A stretch of 64,000 nucleotides of DNA, taken from an uncultured Thiotrichaceae bacterium (GTDB lineage Bacteria > Pseudomonadota > Gammaproteobacteria > SZUA-229). Location: contig CAYTUK010000001.1 in NCBI GenBank assembly GCA_964441285.1, positions 156,939 to 220,938 of the forward strand, in the 5' to 3' direction. How positions within the stretch are numbered: position 1 is the stretch's first letter; every line of letters starts with the position of its first letter. Under the pieces are notes generated by a model. That model was not told where the DNA came from and did no database searches. It saw only the letters and a program-made list of their open reading frames with translations. Both the position numbers and the translations under genes were made by a program. Of the stretch, positions 1 through 10,629 are shown piece after piece.

Positions 1-12
1 AGTATCTTAATT

Positions 13-204
13 ATGACTGATCAAATATTAACCATAAAAGAGGTGGCTGATTACCTCAAAGTGAATGAGCGAACGGTTTATCGCATGGCGACTGCCAAGA
101 AAATACCCGCCTTTAAAGTCGGGGGATCTTGGCGAATAAAACAAACTGAATTAGAGCAATGGATACAGGAACAACATAATCAATCGGGTGAACAGGAAGA
201 TTAG
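13..204 (+). CDS. AlpA/excisionase-family helix-turn-helix DNA-binding protein
   Basis: 63-aa ORF; motif IKEVADYLKVNERTVYRMATAKKIPAFKVGGSWRI typical of MerR-superfamily excisionase/AlpA HTH; sits immediately upstream of the R-M operon. Confidence 0.6.
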   Translation: MTDQILTIKEVADYLKVNERTVYRMATAKKIPAFKVGGSWRIKQTELEQWIQEQHNQSGEQED

Positions 205-297
205 TTTACTGGAGCTATGCTATCTAATCCCACAATAAAGGCTTACAGAAATTTCTCTGCATAGCGATGAAGCACATATTTAAACAGGAATGACAGC

Positions 298-1857
298 ATG
301 ACAAGTACCCAACAGCGCAACGAACTACAACGCCAAATTTGGCAGATTGCGAATGATGTTCGTGGCGCAGTCGATGGCTGGGATTTTAAGCAATATGTAT
401 TAGGTACCTTGTTTTACCGCTTTATTAGCGAAAATTTTGCCGCCTACATTGAAGGCGGTGATGACAGCATCAACTATGCCGAGCTTGATAATGATGTGAT
501 CACCGATGACATTAAAGACGATGCCATTAAAACCAAAGGCTACTTCATATACCCCAAAGAGCTATTCGTTAACATAGCCGCAGGCGCTAACACCAACGAA
601 AGCTTAAATACCGATTTAGCCGCACTATTTACCGCTATTGAAAGTTCGGCTAATGGCTACCCGTCTGAGCCCGATATCAAAGGCCTGTTTGCCGATTTTG
701 ATACCACCAGTAACCGCCTGGGTAACACCGTTGTGGATAAAAATACGCGTTTGGCTGCGGTACTAAAAGGCGTGGCGGGACTTAGCTTTGGCAATTTCCA
801 GGGCCAGTTTCAAGACAATCAAATCGACCTGTTTGGCGATGCCTACGAATTTTTAATCTCAAACTACGCCGCCAATGCCGGTAAATCCGGCGGCGAGTTT
901 TTCACCCCGCAACACGTCTCCAAATTGATTGCCCAGCTCTCCATGCACAAGCAAACCAGTGTCAATAAAATTTTTGATCCGGCCTGCGGTTCCGGCTCCT
1001 TGCTGCTGCAAGCCAAAAAACACTTTGAAGCGCATATTATTGAAGACGGCTTTTATGGACAGGAGATCAATCACACCACCTACAACCTGGCGCGTATGAA
1101 CATGTTTTTGCACAACATCAACTACGACAAGTTCAATATTCAGCTGGGCAATACCTTAATTGATCCGCATTTTGGTGATGACAAACCCTTTGATGCCATC
1201 GTCTCCAACCCGCCGTACTCGGTGAAGTGGAAAGGCAGCGATGACCCCACCCTGATTAACGATGAACGCTTTGCCCCCGCCGGTGTGTTAGCGCCCAAAT
1301 CCAAAGCCGACTTTGCCTTTGTGCTGCATGCCTTAAGCTATCTTTCAGCCAAAGGCCGTGCCGCCATTGTCTGCTTTCCCGGTATTTTTTACCGCGGCGG
1401 TGCGGAAAAGAAAATCCGCCAATACCTGATCGATAACAATTTTGTCGAAACCGTTATCTCACTCGCGCCCAATCTGTTTTTCGGCACCACCATCGCCGTC
1501 AATATACTGGTGCTGTCCAAACACAAAACCGACACCAGCACCCAGTTTATTGATGCCAGCGGTGAGGGTTACTTCAAAAAAGCCACCAACACCAATATCC
1601 TTACCGATCAGCACATCGAACAAATCATGCAAGCCTTCGATAGCAAAGCTAATGTTGAATATTTTGCTGAATCGGTAGATAACGACAAGATAGCCGAGAA
1701 CGATTACAACCTATCGGTCAGCAGCTATGTTGAAGCCAAAGACACCCGCGAGGTGATTGATATTACCCAGCTCAATGCCGAGCTTAAAACCACGGTAGCG
1801 AAAATTGACAAGCTACGTATAGATATTGATGCCATTGTGGCGGAGATTGAGGCATGA
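298..1857 (+). CDS. hsdM: type I restriction-modification system M subunit (N6-adenine DNA methyltransferase)
   Basis: 519 aa; N-terminal HsdM region ([18 protein letters not shown]); SAM-binding [11 protein letters not shown]; catalytic NPPY (SNPPYSVKW); ATGA overlap with downstream hsdS. Confidence 0.95.
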   Translation: MTSTQQRNELQRQIWQIANDVRGAVDGWDFKQYVLGTLFYRFISENFAAYIEGGDDSINYAELDNDVITDDIKDDAIKTKGYFIYPKELFVNIAAGANTNESLNTDLAALFTAIESSANGYPSEPDIKGLFADFDTTSNRLGNTVVDKNTRLAAVLKGVAGLSFGNFQGQFQDNQIDLFGDAYEFLISNYAANAGKSGGEFFTPQHVSKLIAQLSMHKQTSVNKIFDPACGSGSLLLQAKKHFEAHIIEDGFYGQEINHTTYNLARMNMFLHNINYDKFNIQLGNTLIDPHFGDDKPFDAIVSNPPYSVKWKGSDDPTLINDERFAPAGVLAPKSKADFAFVLHALSYLSAKGRAAIVCFPGIFYRGGAEKKIRQYLIDNNFVETVISLAPNLFFGTTIAVNILVLSKHKTDTSTQFIDASGEGYFKKATNTNILTDQHIEQIMQAFDSKANVEYFAESVDNDKIAENDYNLSVSSYVEAKDTREVIDITQLNAELKTTVAKIDKLRIDIDAIVAEIEA

Positions 1858-3134
1858 GTGATGTGAGCTTTATGGAGAAGTTGCTGGATGGGGTTGAGGT
1901 TGAGGTAGAGTGGATGGCCTTGGGGGATGATCGCGTTGGTAAATTCACACGTGGCGGCGGGTTGCAGAAAAAGGACTTTGTTGAAGAGGGTGTTGGCTGC
2001 ATTCACTATGGACAAATTTATACCCACTACGGAACCTTTGCTTACACGACTAAGGCATTTGTCACAGAAGAATTTGCTAAGAAAGCTCGCAAAGCAAAGA
2101 GTGGCGATTTGGTGATCGCGACAACAAGCGAAACCGATGAAGATGTCTGCAAAGCAGTTGCTTGGTTAGGTGATGATGATATTGCCATTAGCAGTGATGC
2201 TTGTTTTTACTCGCATAAACTTAACCCGAAATACGTTTCTTATTTTTTCCAGACTGATCAATTCCAGAAACAAAAGAGACCGTATATTACAGGTGCAAAA
2301 GTTAGGCGAGTAAATGCAGATAGTTTAGCCAAAATAAAAATCCCCATCCCCTGCCCAAACAACCCAAAAAAATCACTCGAAATCCAAACAGAAATCGTCC
2401 GCATTCTGGACACCTTCACCGAGCTGACCACCGAGCTGACCACCGAGCTGACCACCGAGCTTAGCGCACGGAAAAAACAATACAATTACTATCGCGACCA
2501 GTTGTTAAGCTTTGAAGAAGGGGAAGTTGAGTGGAAGAGTTTAAGTGAGGTTGCGGAGTATTCTAAAACGCGCATTAACTTTGAAGAACTTGATGAAGCC
2601 AATTATGTAGGTGTTGAAAATCTTTTGCAAAATCGTTTAGGCAAAACAGAATCTAGTCGCGTCCCAGAAAAAGGTAATCTTACTCAGTATAGCGAACAAG
2701 ATATTTTAATTGGCAATATTCGCCCTTACTTAAAAAAGATATGGCACGCAGATCGAATTGGTGGAACAAATGGCGATGTACTAGTTATTCATACAACCGA
2801 CAATGCTGTAAATCCTCGATATTTGTATCAAGTTTTAGCAGATGACAGATTTTTTGAATACAACATGCAACATGCTAAGGGTGCTAAAATGCCCCGCGGA
2901 AATAAAGCCAAAATAATGGAATACCCAACCCCAATCCCATACCCTAACGATCCAGAAAAATCGCTTGCCGAACAAGCACGCATCGTCTCCATCTTAGACA
3001 AGTTCGATGCTTTAACCAATTCCATCAGCGAAGGCTTACCCCGCGAAATTGAACTGCGCCAAAAGCAATACGAGTATTACCGCGATCAGCTGTTGAGCTT
3101 TCCCAATTCCCCTCCTCTGGAGGGGTGCCCGTAG
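1854..3134 (+). CDS. hsdS: type I restriction-modification system specificity subunit
   Basis: 426 aa; two dissimilar target-recognition domains separated by a central conserved region ([13 protein letters not shown]...[16 protein letters not shown]) repeated at the C-terminus ([12 protein letters not shown]...[16 protein letters not shown]); the last ~10 aa ([10 protein letters not shown]) are encoded by the inverted repeat of the adjacent cassette. Confidence 0.9.
   Translation: MSDVSFMEKLLDGVEVEVEWMALGDDRVGKFTRGGGLQKKDFVEEGVGCIHYGQIYTHYGTFAYTTKAFVTEEFAKKARKAKSGDLVIATTSETDEDVCKAVAWLGDDDIAISSDACFYSHKLNPKYVSYFFQTDQFQKQKRPYITGAKVRRVNADSLAKIKIPIPCPNNPKKSLEIQTEIVRILDTFTELTTELTTELTTELSARKKQYNYYRDQLLSFEEGEVEWKSLSEVAEYSKTRINFEELDEANYVGVENLLQNRLGKTESSRVPEKGNLTQYSEQDILIGNIRPYLKKIWHADRIGGTNGDVLVIHTTDNAVNPRYLYQVLADDRFFEYNMQHAKGAKMPRGNKAKIMEYPTPIPYPNDPEKSLAEQARIVSILDKFDALTNSISEGLPREIELRQKQYEYYRDQLLSFPNSPPLEGCP
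2417..2460 (+). repeat. 12-bp tandem repeat ACCGAGCTGACC x3 plus an 8-bp partial copy, encoding (TELT)n in the HsdS central conserved region
   Basis: Directly visible: accgagctgacc at 2417-2428, 2429-2440, 2441-2452, then accgagct; translated [15 protein letters not shown]. Confidence 0.9.
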
Positions 3135-3147
3135 GGCGGGGTGGTTC
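3105..3147. repeat. left ~43-bp inverted repeat flanking the DUF559 gene
   Basis: AATTCCCCTCCTCTGGAGGGGTGCCCGTAGGGCGGGGTGGTTC; its reverse complement matches 3504-3550 at ~40 of 44 positions. Confidence 0.75.
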
Positions 3148-3150
3148 TTT

Positions 3151-3582
3151 ATGAGAAAAACAAAAACCTACAAATCACTCCCTTACAATCCCAGATTAAA
3201 AGGCAACGCTAAAGCCCTACGCAAAGCTGGAATATTACACGAAGCCTTGCTTTGGCTTGAGTTAAAAAACAAAAAGCTGAACGGGCTCGATTTTGATCGT
3301 CAAAAAATTATCGGTCATTACATCGTAGATTTTTACTGTGCAGAAAAAGCCGTTGTGATTGAAGTAGACGGTAGTTCTCACAACAACAAGCAGCGCCTAG
3401 ATGCTGAGCGTGACCAGTATCTCGAAAGTTTGGGGCTTTCTGTGATTCGCCTTTTGGTAAAAGATGTATTGCAGAATATGGCGGGAGTTGTGGTGTTTTT
3501 AAAGAACCACCCCACCCTAACGGGCACCCTTCCAAAGGAGGGGAATAATTACCTGCATGCAAGGAAGGAACCTAATGCCTAA
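3151..3582 (+). CDS. DUF559 / Vsr-like endonuclease-domain protein
   Basis: 143 aa; pattern LR.AG...E..LW..L......G..F.RQ...G.YI.DFYC....VVIEVDGSSH......D..RD..L...G..V.R typical of the DUF559 (very-short-patch-repair-like, restriction endonuclease fold) family. Confidence 0.75.
   Translation: MRKTKTYKSLPYNPRLKGNAKALRKAGILHEALLWLELKNKKLNGLDFDRQKIIGHYIVDFYCAEKAVVIEVDGSSHNNKQRLDAERDQYLESLGLSVIRLLVKDVLQNMAGVVVFLKNHPTLTGTLPKEGNNYLHARKEPNA
3504..3550. repeat. right inverted-repeat partner of 3105-3147
   Basis: GAACCACCCCACCCTAACGGGCACCCTTCCAAAGGAGGGGAATAATT; lies inside the 3' end of the DUF559 ORF. Confidence 0.75.
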
Positions 3583-4603
3583 TTTAAGTCTGCAAGACCA
3601 AACCACCGAATTCCTGCTCTACACCGCACCCGATGGTGAGATAAAAGTTGAGGTGCTATTAAGCAACGAAACCATCTGGCTAACCCAGAAACGCATGGCA
3701 GCCTTATTTGGCGTGGGTGTGCCGGCCATCTCAAAGCATCTTGAAAATGTTTATGATTCCAATGAGTTACAGCGCGAGGCAACTGTTTCCATTTTGGAAA
3801 CAGTTCAGCAAGAGGGCAGCCGAGAGGTAAAACGAAAACTGGAATACTACAACCTGGATGCGGTGATTTCTGTCGGTTACCGGGTTAATTCGGCGCAGGC
3901 GACTCAATTTCGCATTTGGGCGACAGCTTTGATAAAAGAGTACATCATCAAGGGCTTTGCCATGGATGATGAGCGATTGAAAAATGGCCATTATTTTGGC
4001 AAGGACTATTTCCGCGAGCTGCTGGAGCGGGTGCGCTCTATCCGCGCCAGCGAGCGGCGTATTTATCAACAGATTACCGATATTTTTTCTGAGTGCAGCA
4101 TCGATTACGACCCGAAGTCTGAGGCCACCCGTTTGTTTTACGCCCATGTGCAGGATAAGTTTCATTTTGCGATTACAGGCCATACGGCGGCAGAAATTAT
4201 TTCCCTAAAGGCGGATGCCAGTAAACCCATGATGGGTATGAGCACTTATAAAAATGCACCGGAGGGTCGTGTGTTGAAGTCGGATTCAACCGTGGCGAAA
4301 AATTATTTAAGTGAAGCCGATATTAAAAAATTGGAACGTGCAGTTTCAGCCTTTTTTGACTATATCGAGGGTATTATCGAGCGGCGTAACGCGTTCACTA
4401 TGGAGAGCTTTGCCGAAAGCGTAAACAAATTTCTTGGCTTTAATGAGTACCAGATTCTGGAAGGCTATGGAAAAATCAGCCGAAAGCAAGCGGAACAAAA
4501 AGCCATTGAAGAATACGAAAAGTTCAACAAACAGCAACGCATCGAATCTGATTTTGACCGAGAAGTGAAAAAGCTGCTGCAAAAAAGAGACTTAAAAGAA
4601 TGA
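3575..4603 (+). CDS. RhuM-family protein (virulence protein RhuM family) of unknown function
   Basis: Signature [27 protein letters not shown] typical of the RhuM family. The ORF caller gives 3557, but ATG 3575 with AGGAAGGA RBS upstream is the more likely start. The stop overlaps the hsdR start (ATGA). Confidence 0.8.
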   Translation: MPNLSLQDQTTEFLLYTAPDGEIKVEVLLSNETIWLTQKRMAALFGVGVPAISKHLENVYDSNELQREATVSILETVQQEGSREVKRKLEYYNLDAVISVGYRVNSAQATQFRIWATALIKEYIIKGFAMDDERLKNGHYFGKDYFRELLERVRSIRASERRIYQQITDIFSECSIDYDPKSEATRLFYAHVQDKFHFAITGHTAAEIISLKADASKPMMGMSTYKNAPEGRVLKSDSTVAKNYLSEADIKKLERAVSAFFDYIEGIIERRNAFTMESFAESVNKFLGFNEYQILEGYGKISRKQAEQKAIEEYEKFNKQQRIESDFDREVKKLLQKRDLKE

Positions 4604-7600
4604 GCGAATATAAAACCATTGCCGAATCCAGTACATTTATCGTTTTAGATAAATACATCAAAGCGTGCCAGATCAGCGAAAGCTTCCAAAGCGAAGACGA
4701 CCTGGAGCGAGAATTTATTCAGGATTTACAGAATCAGGGCTATGAATATCTCCCCTGCCTAAACACGCCTGAAAAAATGCTGGCGAATGTACGCGAGCAG
4801 TTGCAAGCCCTGAATAAGGTGCAGTTTTTAGAGGGCGAATGGATGCGCTTTGTTGAGGAGTATTTAGACAAACCCAGCGATAACATTTTTGATAAAACCC
4901 GCAAAATTCATGATGACTATATTCATGACTTTGTGTTTGATGACGGCCATATTCAGAACATTTACCTGTTAGATAAAAACAATATTACGCGTAATAAATT
5001 GCAGGTGATCAAGCAGTTTGAGCAAACCGGCTCACACGCCAACCGTTACGATGTGACCGTGCTGGTTAATGGTCTGCCTCTAGTACAAATAGAACTGAAA
5101 AAACGCGGCGTGGCGATTCGTGAAGCCTTTAACCAGGTGCACCGTTACAGTAAGGAGAGTTTTAATAGCAAGCATTCCCTGTATAAATATTTACAACTGT
5201 TTGTGATTTCAAACGGCACCGATAGCCGTTATTTTGCCAATACCACGGCGCGCAATAAAAACAGTTTTGATTTCACCGTGAACTGGGCGAAAGCCGATAA
5301 TAGTCTGGTTAAAGATTTAAAAGACTTTACCGCGACTTTCTTTCAAAAAAACACCCTGTTAAATGTGCTGCTGCATTATTCGGTATTTGATGTGAGTGAT
5401 ACCTTGCTGGTGATGCGCCCTTATCAGATTGCTGCCACCGAGCGCATTTTGTGGAAGATAAACAGCTCGTATGAAGCGAAAAATTGGAGCAAATCCGATA
5501 GTGGTGGCTATATCTGGCATACCACGGGTTCGGGTAAAACCTTAACCAGTTTTAAAGCGGCACGTTTGGCTACCGAACTCGATTTTATTGATAAAGTGTT
5601 TTTTGTGGTCGATCGTAAGGATCTGGATTTCCAGACCATGAAAGAATATCAGCGTTTCTCGCCAGATAGTGTCAATGGCTCTGACAGCACCGCCGGGCTC
5701 AAGCGCAACCTGGACAAAGATGACAATAAAATTATTGTGACCACGATTCAAAAACTGAACCATTTAATGAAAAGTGAAAGCAACTTATCTGTTTACCACA
5801 AGCAGGTGGTGTTTATTTTTGATGAGGCGCACCGCAGTCAGTTTGGTGAAGCACAAAAAAACCTGAAGAAAAAATTCAAAAAGTTCTACCAATTTGGTTT
5901 TACCGGCACCCCTATTTTTCCGCAAAATGCCCTGGGCGCAGAAACGACTGCCGGTGTATTTGGGCGTGAATTACATTCTTATGTGATTACCGATGCCATT
6001 CGTGATGAAAAAGTATTGAAATTTAAGGTGGACTACAACGATGTGCGTCCACAGTTTAAGGCGATTGAAAGCGAGCAGGATGAGAAAAAACTAACGGCGG
6101 CGGAAAACAAACAAGCTTTATTGCATCCCGATCGTATTCGGGAAATTTCGCAGTATATCCTGAATAATTTCAAGCAAAAAACACATCGCCTGCAAGCCAA
6201 CGGCAAAGGCTTTAATGCCCTATTTGCCGTTAGCAGTGTGGATGCCGCCAAGTTGTATTATGAGTCACTTAAGCACTTGCAAGAGGGCAGTGACAAGCCG
6301 CTAAAAGTCGCCACTATTTTCTCGTTTGCTGCCAATGAAGAGCAAAATGCTGTCGGTGAAATTCTGGATGAAAGCTTTGACGTCTCGGCGATGAATAGCA
6401 GCGCCAAAGAATTTTTAAACGTGGCAATCACTGACTATAACGCATTGTTTAAAACTAATTTTGGTGTGGATAGCAATGGCTTTCAAAACTATTACCGAGA
6501 CCTTGCCAAGCAGGTAAAAAGCCAGGAAATCGACTTGCTGATTGTGGTTGGTATGTTTCTGACGGGCTTTGATGCCCCAACACTGAATACCTTGTTTGTG
6601 GATAAGACCTTGCGTTATCACGGTTTGATTCAGGCCTATTCACGCACTAACCGTATTTATGATGCCACCAAGACTTTTGGCAATATTGTTACCTTCCGTG
6701 ATTTGGAGCGGGCCACGGTCGATGCCATTACCCTGTTTGGTGACAGCAATACTAAAAACGTGATACTGGAAAAAAGTTATAAGGAATACATGGAAGGCTT
6801 TACCGATGTGGTTACCGGTGAAGCCAGGCGCGGTTATATGGAAGTGGTATCTGAATTGGAGCAGCGCTTCCCCAATCCAGAAGCGATTGAAAAAGAGTCG
6901 GATAAAAAAGCCTTCGCAAAACTATTTGGCGAGTATTTGCGTGTCGAGAATGTATTGCAAAACTACGATGAATTTGCCGGTCTGAAAGCCTTACAAAGCA
7001 TCGATATGGACGACACGGAGGCGGTTGAGGCATTTAAAACCAAACACTATTTAAACGATGAAGATCTGGAAACATTGCAAGCGATTAAGGTGCCTGCCGA
7101 ACGAAAAGTACAGGATTACCGCTCAAGCTATAACGATATTCGCGATTGGCTGCGTCGTGAGAAATCAGCCGACGAAAAAGACAGCTCAAGTATTGATTGG
7201 GATGACGTGGTTTTTGAGGTCGACCTACTCAAGTCGCAAGAGATCAATCTGGATTACATTCTGGAACTGATTTTTGAAAATAGTAAGAAGGTTAAAGATA
7301 AAGCGACACTGATTGACGATGTACGTCGGGTGATTCGTGCCAGCCTTGGCCATCGTGCGAAAGAGAGTCTGCTGGTAGATTTTATTAATCAAACCGACCT
7401 TGACCAGATTGATGATAAGGCCAGTATTATTGATGTTTTTTTCAGCTTTGCCCAAGCGGAACAACAGCGTGAGGCAGGTGAATTAATTCGTGCTGAAAAT
7501 CTCAATGAAGAAGCGGCTAAGCGTTACATTACGACATCGTTAAAACGTGAGTATGCCAGTGAGAACGGTACAGAGCTAAATGCGCTGCTGCCTAAAATGA

Positions 7601-7698
7601 GTCCGCTTAATCCGCAATACCTAACCAAGAAACAAAGCGTGTTCCAAAAAATTGCCGTTTTTGTTGAGAAGTTTAAAGGCGTGGGTGGGCGGGTTTAA
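4600..7698 (+). CDS. hsdR: type I restriction enzyme R subunit (endonuclease/helicase), family IC-like
   Basis: 1032 aa; N-terminal PD-(D/E)xK nuclease motif ([13 protein letters not shown]); SF2 helicase motifs ([24 protein letters not shown]); size and organisation as in EcoR124I HsdR. Confidence 0.95.
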   Translation: MSEYKTIAESSTFIVLDKYIKACQISESFQSEDDLEREFIQDLQNQGYEYLPCLNTPEKMLANVREQLQALNKVQFLEGEWMRFVEEYLDKPSDNIFDKTRKIHDDYIHDFVFDDGHIQNIYLLDKNNITRNKLQVIKQFEQTGSHANRYDVTVLVNGLPLVQIELKKRGVAIREAFNQVHRYSKESFNSKHSLYKYLQLFVISNGTDSRYFANTTARNKNSFDFTVNWAKADNSLVKDLKDFTATFFQKNTLLNVLLHYSVFDVSDTLLVMRPYQIAATERILWKINSSYEAKNWSKSDSGGYIWHTTGSGKTLTSFKAARLATELDFIDKVFFVVDRKDLDFQTMKEYQRFSPDSVNGSDSTAGLKRNLDKDDNKIIVTTIQKLNHLMKSESNLSVYHKQVVFIFDEAHRSQFGEAQKNLKKKFKKFYQFGFTGTPIFPQNALGAETTAGVFGRELHSYVITDAIRDEKVLKFKVDYNDVRPQFKAIESEQDEKKLTAAENKQALLHPDRIREISQYILNNFKQKTHRLQANGKGFNALFAVSSVDAAKLYYESLKHLQEGSDKPLKVATIFSFAANEEQNAVGEILDESFDVSAMNSSAKEFLNVAITDYNALFKTNFGVDSNGFQNYYRDLAKQVKSQEIDLLIVVGMFLTGFDAPTLNTLFVDKTLRYHGLIQAYSRTNRIYDATKTFGNIVTFRDLERATVDAITLFGDSNTKNVILEKSYKEYMEGFTDVVTGEARRGYMEVVSELEQRFPNPEAIEKESDKKAFAKLFGEYLRVENVLQNYDEFAGLKALQSIDMDDTEAVEAFKTKHYLNDEDLETLQAIKVPAERKVQDYRSSYNDIRDWLRREKSADEKDSSSIDWDDVVFEVDLLKSQEINLDYILELIFENSKKVKDKATLIDDVRRVIRASLGHRAKESLLVDFINQTDLDQIDDKASIIDVFFSFAQAEQQREAGELIRAENLNEEAAKRYITTSLKREYASENGTELNALLPKMSPLNPQYLTKKQSVFQKIAVFVEKFKGVGGRV

Positions 7699-7883
7699 TC
7701 ACCGAGTAAGGCCTTATCCATTATCTTAATTTGGTATAGATTAAACCTGCTTCATTATGTGCTGGTTGATTGAGGTGAGGGGGTATAATGGGGGGGTATC
7801 TTGTTTGTGTATTTTTAAAAAACCTATATATAACATAGGTTAAGGCCATATATGGGCGGTGGTCTGGCGTTGATTACGCGAGT

Positions 7884-8108
7884 TTAATCTTGGTGTTTTA
7901 CGTTGGACTCATCTGGAGGCAGCGCATCTGTAGTGTGCGCATTGTCCGTTTCACTGACCGATTCTCTTTCATTATCGTCCATTAAAATTTGATAAGCGGG
8001 TCCTTCAAGGTCCTCAAACTGGTCAGATTTTATTGCCCACATAAATAACCAGATAATAATTGCTAGAAGAATTAAAGCCACGGGAAGTAACAGGTAAATG
8101 ATATTCAT
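7884..8108 (-). CDS. ccoS: cbb3-type cytochrome oxidase assembly protein CcoS/FixS
   Basis: 74 aa; single TM then SDQFEDLEGPAYQIL motif characteristic of CcoS; immediately downstream of ccoI. Confidence 0.75.
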   Translation of the reverse strand: MNIIYLLLPVALILLAIIIWLFMWAIKSDQFEDLEGPAYQILMDDNERESVSETDNAHTTDALPPDESNVKHQD

Positions 8109-8124
8109 TAGTTAATGGCATCTG

Positions 8125-10629
8125 TTATGTTTGTTTTGGTCTGTTGTTTTTGTCGCTTTGCAGACGAGTTAGACGCAATGCGTTTAGCACCACAAATAAG
8201 GAGCTAAGTGACATTCCGCTGGCGGCTAGCCATGGTTCGACATAACCCATTGCGGCGGCAGGGATGGCTATCATGTTATAGAGAATAGCCCAAATAAAAT
8301 TTTGTTTGATGATGGTAAGACACTTCTGCGCAATACTATAACCGCTAAAAATATGTAGAATGTTGTTGTTAAGTAAAACCATGTCTGCGGTGGCGACAGC
8401 GAGCTGTGAGCCTTTGCCCATCGCAATTGACAGGTTAGCGGCGGCCAGTACCGGTGCGTCATTAATGCCATCGCCTGTCATGGCGACTATCTTGCCTTCA
8501 TCCTGTAGTCGGCGCAACTGATTAAGTTTGTCCTGTGGTCGCAAATTGGCCTGTACATGGGTAATAGCCAGTTTATTTGCAATGGCTGTGGTGGTGGTAA
8601 TGTCATCACCACTCATTAAATGTACCTGCTTGCCAGCTTTCTGTAAATTTTTGATAAGTGTCTTTGCTTCGACTCTGAGCTGATCGCCAAGTAAAAAAAT
8701 ACAGTGAAGTTCAGCTTTTATGGTTGCGTCTGTGGCCAGAAAGATACTTGTGTAAAGCTCTTCTGTGGGGAGAGTAAGCAGAGTTTCATCGCTGTTTTGG
8801 CAATGCTGCTGGATAAAAGCGGCATTGCCCAGAAACCAGTGTGTTGTATCGATATAACCATCAACCCCATAACCGGGTGTGTTGTGTAAGTCTTTAACGG
8901 CTAATGGTGCTTGCTTATTTGCGCTAACAATGCAGCGGGCAATAGGGTGTTCGGAGGCGGATTCCAGTGCGGCGGCAATCTGTAAGCAGGTTTTGTCTGA
9001 GTATTTATCTGATAAGACGTGGGTTTTTTTTAACTGCAATTCACCTTCGGTGAGGGTGCCGGTTTTATCAAATACAAAATCGGTGATTTTTGTGAGCATC
9101 TCCAGTGCATGGGTGTTTTTGGGTAACAGGCCGATGCGTGCCAGTTGTCCGTTGGCTGCGGTAATGGCTGCCGGTGTTGCCAGCGATAATGCACAGGGAC
9201 AGGTTACGACCAGGGTGGCAATCGTGATTGATACCCATTCAGCGGGGTTATGCAGGTACCAGTAAATTGCAACGATGGTAGCAAGGCCAAGAATAATAGC
9301 AACAAACCAGCTGGCAATATAGTTAGCGAGCTGGGCAATTTTTGGCCGGGTATTTTGCGCCTGTTCAAGCAGGTGTTGTATTGATGAGAGTACGGTATCG
9401 TCACCAAGTTTTTCTACCTGGATAACCAGTGGGCTTTCTGTGTTAGTGCTGCCACCAATGGCCATGTCACCAATAGTCTTGGTTATCGGCAGACTTTCCC
9501 CCGTGAGCAGGGATTCATTGATTCCGGAAGTGCCTCGAAGAATGCGACCATCGGTAGGAATGTTTTCGCCTGGGCGCACCAGTATGCGATCACCGATATT
9601 TAATTCTGAGACAGCGACGGACTCCTGTTGCTCTTTATGCGTGGTGTTTTTACCGGTGTTAACCAGTCGAGTGGCAATTGCCGGGCGTAAATTTAACAGT
9701 AACTCAGTGGCTTCAGCGGTACGTTTTCGTGCGCTTAGTTCAAAGTAGCGTGCCGTGAGTAGAAAAAAAGTAAACATCACCACAGAATCAAAATACACCT
9801 GACCATGATTGACATAGGTGTGGTAGCTGCTGGCAATAAAGGCGATGGCAATGCCTAGTGCAACGGGGACATCCATACCAACACGGCGATTGGTTAAGTC
9901 TCGCCAGGCGGCTTTAAAAAACACATCGGAAGAGAAAAGGATTACGGGTATAGTTAGCAATAGACTTATCCAGCGAAAACTGTGTTTAAAGCCGGCATTA
10001 ATGCCCCACCATTCGCCGAAATACATAGCAAAGGCAAGTATCATAATTTGCATACCGAGTACCGCAGAGAGCCCGATGCGCCGGAGTTGCCGTTTGCGCT
10101 CATTCTCGATTAATTTCTGCTGTTTGTCAGGGTCAAAAGGATGGGCGAGGTAGCCTATTTGACTAATAGACATCAGTATTTCACTGAGACTGATGCGTGC
10201 ATTGTCCCAGCGTACTCGGGCACGGTGATTGCTGTAGTTGATGCTTACCTCGAGCACGCCGCTGAGTGCGCGTAGGTGTTTTTCATTCAACCAGACGCAG
10301 GCAGCGCAAACAATCCCTTCCAGAATTAATGCCACTTCCCGAATATCAGCATCCTCACCGGCATGATTTTCAGCAGTGATAAAGTGTTTTTGTATCTGTG
10401 GGTTATCGTAGGCCTTAAGTTGTTGTAGAAATTCCGGCACTAGCTCTTCAGCTTTTTCGGGTGCTGCGGTACGATAGCGGTAGAAATCGTCCATCCCTCC
10501 GCTGATAATGGCGTTGGCAACGGCTTCACACCCGTGGCAGCACATAGTTCTGGTTTCGCCCTGGTAGTTGATGCTGATATGACAGTCTGGTGGTACCGGT
10601 AAACCGCAGTGAAAACAGTTGTCGTTCAA
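8125..10629 (-). CDS. ccoI: copper-translocating P1B-type ATPase CcoI/FixI
   Basis: 834 aa; N-terminal Cys-rich CFHCGLP...CCHGCEAV; CPC transmembrane metal site (TCPCALSLATP); DKTGTLT phosphorylation site; GDGINDAP. Confidence 0.9.
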   Translation of the reverse strand: MNDNCFHCGLPVPPDCHISINYQGETRTMCCHGCEAVANAIISGGMDDFYRYRTAAPEKAEELVPEFLQQLKAYDNPQIQKHFITAENHAGEDADIREVALILEGIVCAACVWLNEKHLRALSGVLEVSINYSNHRARVRWDNARISLSEILMSISQIGYLAHPFDPDKQQKLIENERKRQLRRIGLSAVLGMQIMILAFAMYFGEWWGINAGFKHSFRWISLLLTIPVILFSSDVFFKAAWRDLTNRRVGMDVPVALGIAIAFIASSYHTYVNHGQVYFDSVVMFTFFLLTARYFELSARKRTAEATELLLNLRPAIATRLVNTGKNTTHKEQQESVAVSELNIGDRILVRPGENIPTDGRILRGTSGINESLLTGESLPITKTIGDMAIGGSTNTESPLVIQVEKLGDDTVLSSIQHLLEQAQNTRPKIAQLANYIASWFVAIILGLATIVAIYWYLHNPAEWVSITIATLVVTCPCALSLATPAAITAANGQLARIGLLPKNTHALEMLTKITDFVFDKTGTLTEGELQLKKTHVLSDKYSDKTCLQIAAALESASEHPIARCIVSANKQAPLAVKDLHNTPGYGVDGYIDTTHWFLGNAAFIQQHCQNSDETLLTLPTEELYTSIFLATDATIKAELHCIFLLGDQLRVEAKTLIKNLQKAGKQVHLMSGDDITTTTAIANKLAITHVQANLRPQDKLNQLRRLQDEGKIVAMTGDGINDAPVLAAANLSIAMGKGSQLAVATADMVLLNNNILHIFSGYSIAQKCLTIIKQNFIWAILYNMIAIPAAAMGYVEPWLAASGMSLSSLFVVLNALRLTRLQSDKNNRPKQT

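Larger units (their letters stand above)
3105..3550 (+). mobile_element. putative inverted-repeat-bounded DUF559 cassette inserted at the 3' end of hsdS
   Basis: ~43-bp imperfect terminal inverted repeats bracket a single small endonuclease-domain gene; the left repeat supplies the last codons and stop of hsdS; mobile status is inferred and no target-site duplication was identified. Confidence 0.4.

Noticed and set aside
2417-2460. Possible CRISPR array (short direct repeats)
   Set aside because: The repeats are contiguous 12-bp units with no spacers and sit in-frame inside hsdS. No CRISPR-like repeat-spacer architecture exists anywhere in the window.
2258-2485. 75-aa minus-strand ORF containing [12 protein letters not shown]
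   Set aside because: It is the antisense reading of the hsdS 12-bp tandem repeat; an artefact inside a well-supported gene.
7693-7883. 8-bp direct repeat GTTTAATC at 7693 and 7876 as possible island att sites
   Set aside because: Too short to distinguish from chance in AT-rich sequence; no integrase or tRNA within the window to support it.
8704-10153. Several 60-130 aa ORFs on the plus strand inside ccoI
   Set aside because: Embedded antisense or out-of-frame in a strongly supported 834-aa P-type ATPase gene; no motifs.
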